Part shown: positions 46,752 to 54,538 of the stretch, piece after piece
How the letters are laid out: the number at the start of each line of letters is the position of its first letter
Numbering within the stretch: position 1 is the first letter of the stretch
Assembly: GCA_903873255.1 (NCBI GenBank)
Contig: CAIQNR010000031.1
Location: 1-54,538 of the forward strand
From: an uncultured bacterium
GTDB taxonomy: Bacteria > Babelota > Babeliae > Babelales > CAIQNR01
Direction of reading: 5' to 3'
Length of the DNA: 54,538 nt
Program-made: the position numbers and the translations under genes
Notes under the pieces: generated by a model
Seen by the model: the letters and a program-made list of their open reading frames with translations, nothing else
Told to the model about the DNA's origin: nothing
The model's database searches: none

Positions 46752-49700
46752 TTAGAATCCCCCTGTATCGAGCATATTGTTAAAGTTTTGAGTATTTGAG
46801 CCCTTAGTTGTACTTGGGGTGCCAAGCAACGATCCAAGTGTTGGAAGTGGCGGCTTAGAAACCTGTGGAGGTGTAACAACAGGAGGTGTTGGCGGAACAA
46901 CTGTAACAATAGGTTGTGCTTTTACATAGGCAATACTTTGCTGTTGTATTGTTTGATACAGAGCTACAGAAGTAAGACCACTGTAATTGGAAAGCATTGT
47001 GGTATATAAAGGCGCGTTTGCAACCGGAGCAATAGTAACTTTTGTAAGGTCCTGCCCAACAAGCGAAGTTACCAGTTTTCCAGCAATGGTATACATAAAT
47101 ACTTGGCCTGTCACAAGGCTTACAAGCCCATTAATTGTACTATCTTTTGGATCTAATTTTTGACCATAAGCATGCGATGGTGTTATGAGTCCGGCACTAT
47201 TGATAGTTGCAGCAATAAAGTAATCTTTACCTGTAAGATTTTTAGTTATTGAGCTACCACTATACACAAATCCACCATTTTGGATTGCTTGCACTTCACC
47301 TGTTAAGGTTATATTTGCAAACAATATGCTTGTTGCAAGAGAAGCATAGTACTGCGTGTTTGCGGCGGTAATTGCTTGAATTAAACTTACAGGAAGCCCC
47401 AATGAACTTTGGCATAGAGCAAGTACACCATTACATGGCTGAATAAGTTGTTTAGTTTGATCATAAGCATTACCAGTTACCAAACTAACAATTATTTGAG
47501 GGTTTTCACTTGGATCAACACCAAGGCCATTTGCAACGCCAACTGATGCACCTTTGGTAATAGAAGATGCAAAAACCACATAATCGATGTCATTATTTGC
47601 AAGACCTGTTTGGTTAGTTGTATACACAAAAACACCTTGGCTTATTAAATCTTTGCTTACTGGTGCTAGTGTAAATGAACCAAAGGTAATTGGATTTCCC
47701 AGTTGAGCGCTTTTTGCCATCCAACTTTTTTCTTGATCAATTTCTTTTGGAAGTATGCCCTGTTTTGCAAATTGAGCATCAACAGCAGCATTTGATTGTT
47801 TGCGAGCAGCAGAGATGACGGGGGTAAAACTTGGAGTAATAACTTGGTATTCAACTGCAGCACCTGACGCGATAACACCAATCGATCCTGCATATTTTGG
47901 AGCGCCCTGTTGCTGTTGTGATTGAGAAACGTAAGGAATCCAACTATTTTGTGATGAATCATAACCCTGTTTACCAACTCCAGTATCGGCTACTAAGGAA
48001 ATGTTTGCAGGCGTAACTTCTTGGTTTGTTGGGGCACTTAGCTGAGAACTTCCTGGCATTGCAACCATCGGTGCAGGATAAATATACTGAGGATCCATAC
48101 TAACAGGAAAACTACCCTGCCAATTTCCAGGCTCAACATCTGTTTCTACCCAACATTTTACTACTGCTGTATTACTATTTATTTGCATTTTCATTCTATA
48201 CCAGACACCTGTTTGATAATTAATTGGTGCAATATTTTTATTAATCCAGTCAGCTCCTTGATGTTCATATAACCCAACTGAAGGCGTTATTGTAAGAGCA
48301 TCTCTAAATATAACAAGCGCTTTACCTTTATTATTGAAATTCAAAACATGCATATTTACATCATTAATGCTTTTCCAGAGCTGCTGTTCAAGTATATCTC
48401 TATTTGTAGCTGTTGAATTTTCTAGAACAGTAAGATTATTATAAAGCCCTGTCAGAGCATTTGCGTCGATATATTGATTACTCATAAAGAGACCTACATA
48501 AAAGGCGCCTTGTGTTTCATAAAGCGTACGCCATCTTATTTCTGCGGAAAGCGCCGTTCCATTTGGAACCATAGAAAGATCTTTTTGGTTAATCCAAAAT
48601 TGAGTTGGGGATTGATTAATTTTTACAGAGCTTCCTTGTGTATCAGCTACTACTTGTGTTGGCATACACCCAACTTCTTGTGCAAAACTATTTCTTTGAG
48701 AGTTGTATACCGTTAATCCCTGCGATGGGTTCAATGCAACGCGATTTGTTTGAATACCATACACAGCTCCAGGATCTCCATACATAAGACCTGTTTTACT
48801 ATCTGGCGTAAGTAATTGATTATAAAAACTGCCAAGCCCATAAGCAGAAGTTTGTATAGATGTATTAAGGGAATTATTAAGATAGTTTTGGTAGTAGAGC
48901 AAGCTTCTTTCTTGATTTTTAAGTGTATCATCAAGCTGACTATTGATATCTTGAACTAAAAGACTTTGAGTAAAGCTTGATGTCATAATATTGTCAGTAA
49001 CATATGCCGAAAATTTATGGAGATAATCTGTTTGATTAGCCTTATTGGTAATAGCTTCTTCATCTTTCTGATTTTCACCCACGGTACTCATCGCCATCAT
49101 ACCAGCACTAAGAGCTGCAATAGAAGCTGCAATAGCAATCCCAAGCGGTCCCGCGGCAGCTCCTCCTGTAAAAACTGTTGCTACAGCACCAGCAATCGTT
49201 AAAACTGCTATCGAAATTGCACTAACAATCACTCGGCGATGCTGATTTAACGAAGTCTGAATATTGTTGAATGCAGCAGATGCATCCCCACCATTAACCG
49301 TTGCATTAAGAGCAGCAATACCGCCCGCAATATTAATACTAAGATCAAGAATTGCACCGGCCAAATAGGCAGCCCCTTGCATAATTCCTTGCAGCCCTAC
49401 CTCAACCGCTTTAATCATAAATTTAATTGGTCTAAGTAATGCAACAACCATATTTTTTAAGAAAGTAGAACCCATAGAGTCCATTCCTGCAAAAGGGGTT
49501 CCTCCAGTAGCTGCAATAAAGGGAGCGGCTGCAAGTTCAACTACTGCTTGTGCTATAAATGCAAGCGATCCAGCAGCAAGTTGTACTAATGTTGCAAGAC
49601 CCGATGCAGCCATTCCAACAACATCAACACAGACATCTATAGTTGCATCATTAATACTATTTATAAATCCAGTGATATCGTCTCCTAATGCCCCTCCACC

Positions 49701-51608
49701 CAAAATAACACCTAAAGATTGACCAATAACGCTTCCAACTAAATTTGTTGTTGCCTTAGCTGTAGCACCATAAGCTGCTTGTATGTTTACAAAATTTTCA
49801 GCAAAATCCCCTATATCTGTTTGACTCTGAATCAGAGTTTTTCCACCCTTTACTAACGATTGACCATAGCTAATACCTTCAACAGCACATGCTATACCCG
49901 TATCATAATACCAGAGACTCATGTTCCAATCTTTAAGATACTCCCCTGCTATCTTTACACCTGTATATAAAGCGCTGCCCAATTGCTTCATTGCACCAAC
50001 AAATGAATGTCCAAAATCTGTAAATGCGCTGGTAAATGAATGACCTTGAGGTGCGGCAGTCCCATTATTTGCTGTACTACTAGTAGGTGGAGTTGCAGCA
50101 CCGGCCTTTAAAAAATTAATATCATCAAGATACAAATAGTCTGATGGTTGATAAGAAATAATAATAGGAAATGTATCAAAAAATGATTGGTCTATTGTTG
50201 CTAGTTGCGCCATTGTACTTTCTAAGTTTGCCGTATTAAACAGATAATCAAGAGTATTATTTAGCAATTTGATACCAGAAAAACCAACAAGCGTCATATA
50301 TAAAGGAGTAGGCATATATCCTGAATGGCCCTGCGTAAAGAGAGCATTAAACATACTTGTATAAGTTAAGCCTTCAGATGTTGAACCCTTTGCTGGTTGA
50401 TACTGTAATAATAAATTTCCAAAACTTGTCAGCGAAACATTTCCAGTTTTTTGGTCAACAAGCAACATCCCCTTAAGATTTTGATTTGGTACTAAAGTAA
50501 AAGTACCATCATTATTTTTAACGGTATAAAAAAAAGATGCAAAACCAGGAGCAATAACTCCCGATGCATCTACTATTTTAATAGAAGTTGATAATGGATA
50601 GGTAGCTTTCCCAAAGGTAGCCTCAGTAAATGATTTTTGTGAAAAATAATCAGCTGAACCTTTAAAAATCTGGATTGCATCATACAAAGCAGATGTATCT
50701 TTAATCTGACTCCATTCAACAGATTGAGCAATAGCACGAGCACGAACTATTTCTGTAATAACTAAAAAAACGCGTACAATTTCTGAATTAATACGCAAAT
50801 CCTGAAAGCATTGAGTGTAATAAGCAACTTCAAACTGAGGTATATAGGTGAAAAGCTGCTTTTCTTCATCATGAACATTTGAAAGTAATAATTTTTCATA
50901 ATCAAAAGAAGATGCAATAAGTGATTTAAGATACTTTTGCCATAAAGGAGATTGTACGCAAAGCTTTATTATTGATGAATCTAATCCATTTTTTTTCGAC
51001 TGATAATCATTCTTAGCTTGGGTTAACTGAGATTGATACTTTGCAAGAAGCGGATCTTTTTTTGATGTAGCAATGGCAATTTGCTGCTGCAAGTTATTAA
51101 TTGTTTGTTGTTCAGATTGCAAAACAGTATCAACAACAAGCCCTTGCATTAATGCATATAATCTTCTAATTGCATCCATAACAACAGGTGGCAAATGGAG
51201 CGTATCGTTATAAAAATGAGTAACAGCTTTATCAAGAGAAGGAAGCAGAGCACAAGCAGGATTTGCTGGATCAGGAAAAACTGAAAAAAATTGTTGAAGG
51301 GTAGTTTCTATAACAGAATCAATATTTTGATTTGATCCCACTGGAGTTTGACTAGATGAAGCCGTTCCAGGCAAAGGCACTGGTACATTAGAAGAACTAG
51401 TAGGTGATGCAGACAGAGTAATCACATTACTAGGTGAAGATGTTACTAAAGCAGATTGTATCGGGGTACTAACCGAAAGAGCTTTATTAGATTGCAGAGC
51501 AACAGTTGCAATTGATTGTTTCTTTTTTTTGCTAGTAATAGGAGTTGCAGCATAAAGATATGAAGTCATGCAAAAAAAAATTGTTATATATTTTATAATT
51601 TTATTCAT
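46752..51608 (-). CDS. Giant secreted multi-domain protein (1618 aa) with pore/translocon-like hydrophobic core
   Basis: Signal peptide ending LYA, S/T/P linker, helical domain, about 320 aa Gly/Ala hydrophobic region, coiled coil, beta-sandwich, two VSLVTG repeats, Pro-rich tail. Confidence 0.85.
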   Translation of the reverse strand: MNKIIKYITIFFCMTSYLYAATPITSKKKKQSIATVALQSNKALSVSTPIQSALVTSSPSNVITLSASPTSSSNVPVPLPGTASSSQTPVGSNQNIDSVIETTLQQFFSVFPDPANPACALLPSLDKAVTHFYNDTLHLPPVVMDAIRRLYALMQGLVVDTVLQSEQQTINNLQQQIAIATSKKDPLLAKYQSQLTQAKNDYQSKKNGLDSSIIKLCVQSPLWQKYLKSLIASSFDYEKLLLSNVHDEEKQLFTYIPQFEVAYYTQCFQDLRINSEIVRVFLVITEIVRARAIAQSVEWSQIKDTSALYDAIQIFKGSADYFSQKSFTEATFGKATYPLSTSIKIVDASGVIAPGFASFFYTVKNNDGTFTLVPNQNLKGMLLVDQKTGNVSLTSFGNLLLQYQPAKGSTSEGLTYTSMFNALFTQGHSGYMPTPLYMTLVGFSGIKLLNNTLDYLFNTANLESTMAQLATIDQSFFDTFPIIISYQPSDYLYLDDINFLKAGAATPPTSSTANNGTAAPQGHSFTSAFTDFGHSFVGAMKQLGSALYTGVKIAGEYLKDWNMSLWYYDTGIACAVEGISYGQSLVKGGKTLIQSQTDIGDFAENFVNIQAAYGATAKATTNLVGSVIGQSLGVILGGGALGDDITGFINSINDATIDVCVDVVGMAASGLATLVQLAAGSLAFIAQAVVELAAAPFIAATGGTPFAGMDSMGSTFLKNMVVALLRPIKFMIKAVEVGLQGIMQGAAYLAGAILDLSINIAGGIAALNATVNGGDASAAFNNIQTSLNQHRRVIVSAISIAVLTIAGAVATVFTGGAAAGPLGIAIAASIAALSAGMMAMSTVGENQKDEEAITNKANQTDYLHKFSAYVTDNIMTSSFTQSLLVQDINSQLDDTLKNQERSLLYYQNYLNNSLNTSIQTSAYGLGSFYNQLLTPDSKTGLMYGDPGAVYGIQTNRVALNPSQGLTVYNSQRNSFAQEVGCMPTQVVADTQGSSVKINQSPTQFWINQKDLSMVPNGTALSAEIRWRTLYETQGAFYVGLFMSNQYIDANALTGLYNNLTVLENSTATNRDILEQQLWKSINDVNMHVLNFNNKGKALVIFRDALTITPSVGLYEHQGADWINKNIAPINYQTGVWYRMKMQINSNTAVVKCWVETDVEPGNWQGSFPVSMDPQYIYPAPMVAMPGSSQLSAPTNQEVTPANISLVADTGVGKQGYDSSQNSWIPYVSQSQQQQGAPKYAGSIGVIASGAAVEYQVITPSFTPVISAARKQSNAAVDAQFAKQGILPKEIDQEKSWMAKSAQLGNPITFGSFTLAPVSKDLISQGVFVYTTNQTGLANNDIDYVVFASSITKGASVGVANGLGVDPSENPQIIVSLVTGNAYDQTKQLIQPCNGVLALCQSSLGLPVSLIQAITAANTQYYASLATSILFANITLTGEVQAIQNGGFVYSGSSITKNLTGKDYFIAATINSAGLITPSHAYGQKLDPKDSTINGLVSLVTGQVFMYTIAGKLVTSLVGQDLTKVTIAPVANAPLYTTMLSNYSGLTSVALYQTIQQQSIAYVKAQPIVTVVPPTPPVVTPPQVSKPPLPTLGSLLGTPSTTKGSNTQNFNNMLDTGGF

Positions 51609-51610
51609 AG

Positions 51611-54538
51611 TTATGTTCCCGATGAAAGTTGTTTGGTAAATCGTGCAATATCACTTGCTGTATAAACCAATTCTTGTGGTTTATTTAAGCTAAAACGAGC
51701 AGAACATCCTGATGAAACAAATCCTATAGAATGACCATGCCATACGATTGGATTTCTACCTGCAAGCACTGCTGGGCCAAATACGTTTGTCAAAGAACCA
51801 TCCGTATTTTTTATGCTTAATATAACAAAAATAGTCTCTGGCTGAGTAAAAATTGTTATGACATAGGTTGTTCCAAGCGCAAGAGGAGTCTGAGTACTTG
51901 TACCAGCTGTAGGATACAAAGGATTACTTATTAAATTTTTATTAGCAGTACTCCAAAGTGCTTTTTCAGATACAGTTCCCATAATTTGATGTAAAGGAGT
52001 AATAGGAGAAAGCGCAGACTGTGTTGCAATGGTTGAAGTCATAAACAAACTTTCTGCCGCGCAAAAAGTAATAGGTGATGACTTGCTTGAACTATAAAGT
52101 CCACAAAAACGATACTGATTCATTTGATCTGTAACCCCAGAAATCCAACGGGCCTGATTAAATATAATTCCAGCTACCCATGGGGATTGGCCAGAACTTA
52201 TCTGTACTTCTGCTTGAATTTGATAGGTCCGAACACCAGTAACATCATTGATAGTAGGAGGTATATATTCTGTAAAAATAGAATTTAAACCCGCTTGTGA
52301 TGAATCACCTTGCGGTAGTTGGGGTGTAGCAGAAGGAATCATAGAATATTGATAGAATGAATTATCGGTAGCACTGTACTCCCAATTTCCACATCTACCA
52401 ACATTATACCAAGTATGATCGACAGGATAAGACGGAATTGTTTGTGAAATTTTTGGAAGTGATGATGGAGGAATAATAGGAAGACCTGATGGCGCAATCG
52501 CGGCAATGGTGAGCTTTCCATTTAAAAACTTCCATAAATAGGTATCTGCTAAACTTTTTGTACTAAGCAAGGGAGGAACAGACCAAGGAGTACTGTAATA
52601 AACGGGGCTAGGAGGAAAATAAATAATAGGATTTTTCTTATTAGGAGAAGGCTGAACTATTGCAGAAGGCGTATACATAGGTGCATATAAAAAATATTGG
52701 TCCCATACCATAGGATTGGATATATAATTAGTTGCCACACTTGCAGAAATTAATGTTTGTAAAAAATAGGTTTGCTGATCAGTAAACAAGCTCGTAATAT
52801 CTGCCTGCTTAGCTGCTAATATATTTAATCTCCACGATGCTGCTTGTTCACTTAATTGAATTTGCGCCTGTGATGCTGCTTGAATTTGATTAATCTTTAC
52901 CTGAAAATCTACTTGTACCTTAGTTTCTTTTGCCTTAATATCGGCAAATGTTTGTGCATCTGCAGCATCAATCCAAGAAATGGCAAGCGATGACCCTTGC
53001 ATAATACCCATTTGAAGCATCATATCAGCAGCTGTTTTTGTACGATCCGCCCATACAGCTGCAGTATCCCATGATTTCGCTTTGTTCAGTTCTTTTTCTA
53101 TTGATATCTCTTTACCTTTTGACGTTAATGTATCAAGCACCCCTTCTTTTGATTTTTTTAATGCCTTTATTTGGTTATTAATCTCAATCGTCCGCGGATC
53201 TTTTTTGGGTAATTTTTTTGCCAGCGCATTCATTTCTTTTACTTGGCTTTTGATAGTACTATCTAATTTTTCTTTTGAATGGTTGATATTAGTCAAAAGT
53301 CTTTTTTTAGTAAGCCATCCATCATCGCCCTTTCTAATCTTTCTTGTCTGAGCTGCAAGCTCTTTATACATCCCTTGATATTTAGCACCATCATTTTTAA
53401 ATTTTTCACCTAGATCTGCTACATACTCATCAAAAGTCATAGCTGTATCTTCACTCAGAGGTTCTATCATAGGCTCTAGTCCTTCAAGATCTGAAACAAC
53501 ACCTTCTTTTGCCGCATCACTAAGAACATCGCTAACATCAGCAGATCTAGAAATACCTGTTAACTCATCTACTGCATTCATAGCAGCTGTATCATTTTTC
53601 AGAGCAGAAATAGTATCTTCTACTTCACTTAAGTTAGAAAAAGATGAATCAAATTTTGATGCTACCCCTGATACTGACCTTATTCCAACTTGTTCAGCAG
53701 CTATTTCAGCCAATTCTGCCGAAACTGCTCCAGGCAAAGGTTTGAGAGCTCCAGTAGAATCAGCAGCAAGCTCAACCGATGAACCATCTGGCAAGGTTTC
53801 TTTTAAAATATTACCAGAAGCGTTTTCAATAATCGAACCACCGCTCTTAACAGTACTTTTGAGAACATTTCCAGCACCATCAGCAAGAGCTTCGCCTACT
53901 ACTTCAGCCAAATCACCCACAATAGAAGCCTGTATTTTAGGAATGGAAGTGAACTTTTTTATCTGCTGTGTTAATGCAAACCGCATTGGTTTATAAGCCC
54001 AAAAGTTAACAACTTCAGGAAGTTTTATATGTTTTTGAAATACAAAATAATGCATTGCTTGTGAGTACGTTTGCAAGCATTCGCACCGTTCAAGAGCTGT
54101 GTAAATAAGTAGTTGATTGGTAAGATTCTGAATGACCGTTATTTTTTTATTGCCATACCATTGCATACTCGTAGTAATAGAATCCCACACTGCATTAATC
54201 CAACCCTTGATACACTGGAAATATGGAAGATGATGAGTTTCTATCCGTGCAAAATCTTTAAAATGCGCTCTCTGTAACTCTACAATTTCGATGGCAAGGC
54301 TAATTGGACCCTGATCTTCTTCATAAGCATTCAATAAAACTTTTTTCTTGCTATCAATTATTTTCTGAAGATCATCTGCAGCTTTACAAGCGGCTTGAAT
54401 TTTTTGGTACATTGTTGCTTCGTCAATAGTAATAAGTACATGACGAAGTATCTCTCTTTTCTTTTTAGAAAGTCCTGAATTTTCAAGAAAATAGGTATGT
54501 TTTTCTGTAATAAAACCATCTAAAGCAATAAAAGAAAC
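51611..54538 (-). CDS. Giant protein (>975 aa, 5' partial); C-terminal half paralogous to the downstream gene
   Basis: Frame is open from 54412 to the window edge with no stop; acidic then basic helical regions, Q/A coiled coil, beta-sandwich ending HSIGFVSSGC; 2-bp gap to the next gene. Confidence 0.85.
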   Translation of the reverse strand, partial: VSFIALDGFITEKHTYFLENSGLSKKKREILRHVLITIDEATMYQKIQAACKAADDLQKIIDSKKKVLLNAYEEDQGPISLAIEIVELQRAHFKDFARIETHHLPYFQCIKGWINAVWDSITTSMQWYGNKKITVIQNLTNQLLIYTALERCECLQTYSQAMHYFVFQKHIKLPEVVNFWAYKPMRFALTQQIKKFTSIPKIQASIVGDLAEVVGEALADGAGNVLKSTVKSGGSIIENASGNILKETLPDGSSVELAADSTGALKPLPGAVSAELAEIAAEQVGIRSVSGVASKFDSSFSNLSEVEDTISALKNDTAAMNAVDELTGISRSADVSDVLSDAAKEGVVSDLEGLEPMIEPLSEDTAMTFDEYVADLGEKFKNDGAKYQGMYKELAAQTRKIRKGDDGWLTKKRLLTNINHSKEKLDSTIKSQVKEMNALAKKLPKKDPRTIEINNQIKALKKSKEGVLDTLTSKGKEISIEKELNKAKSWDTAAVWADRTKTAADMMLQMGIMQGSSLAISWIDAADAQTFADIKAKETKVQVDFQVKINQIQAASQAQIQLSEQAASWRLNILAAKQADITSLFTDQQTYFLQTLISASVATNYISNPMVWDQYFLYAPMYTPSAIVQPSPNKKNPIIYFPPSPVYYSTPWSVPPLLSTKSLADTYLWKFLNGKLTIAAIAPSGLPIIPPSSLPKISQTIPSYPVDHTWYNVGRCGNWEYSATDNSFYQYSMIPSATPQLPQGDSSQAGLNSIFTEYIPPTINDVTGVRTYQIQAEVQISSGQSPWVAGIIFNQARWISGVTDQMNQYRFCGLYSSSKSSPITFCAAESLFMTSTIATQSALSPITPLHQIMGTVSEKALWSTANKNLISNPLYPTAGTSTQTPLALGTTYVITIFTQPETIFVILSIKNTDGSLTNVFGPAVLAGRNPIVWHGHSIGFVSSGCSARFSLNKPQELVYTASDIARFTKQLSSGT

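Noticed and set aside
49080-50040. Phage tape-measure protein
   Set aside because: The protein has a signal peptide and beta-domains, and no phage structural genes are nearby; kept only as an alternative to test.

Overview
AT-rich bacterial chromosome segment. Gene content and style (a three-gene ftsQ-like/ftsA/ftsZ cluster, short archaeal/rickettsial-type ValRS, a deoxynucleoside kinase and about 25 orphan proteins with MKK-type signal peptides) suggest a host-dependent intracellular bacterium, most plausibly Candidatus Dependentiae/Babelota (TM6); this assignment is inference. Housekeeping genes: ftsZ (partial), ftsA, rlmB, tyrS, valS, ybeY, trmH, mlaF/mlaE, secG, clpB, uvrC. Also present: a HEPN-MNT toxin-antitoxin pair, an AAA_14/DUF4143 ATPase, a TMTC-like TPR glycosyltransferase, a site-2-protease homolog lacking its catalytic motifs, and a type II secretion gspF-G-H-I-J-K operon running directly into a long MCE/MlaD protein with a C-terminal beta-barrel-like domain. 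The best candidate for an undescribed system is the pair of paralogous giant proteins at the right end (1618 aa and >975 aa), which share a coiled coil and a lectin-like beta-sandwich; the 1618-aa protein also has a long translocon/pore-like hydrophobic region. A second theme is a fast-evolving secretome: tandem cassettes with conserved ends and swapped cores, in-frame tandem repeats, premature stops, and a gene broken at two simple-sequence repeats. No rRNA, tRNA, CRISPR array or transposase was recognised.
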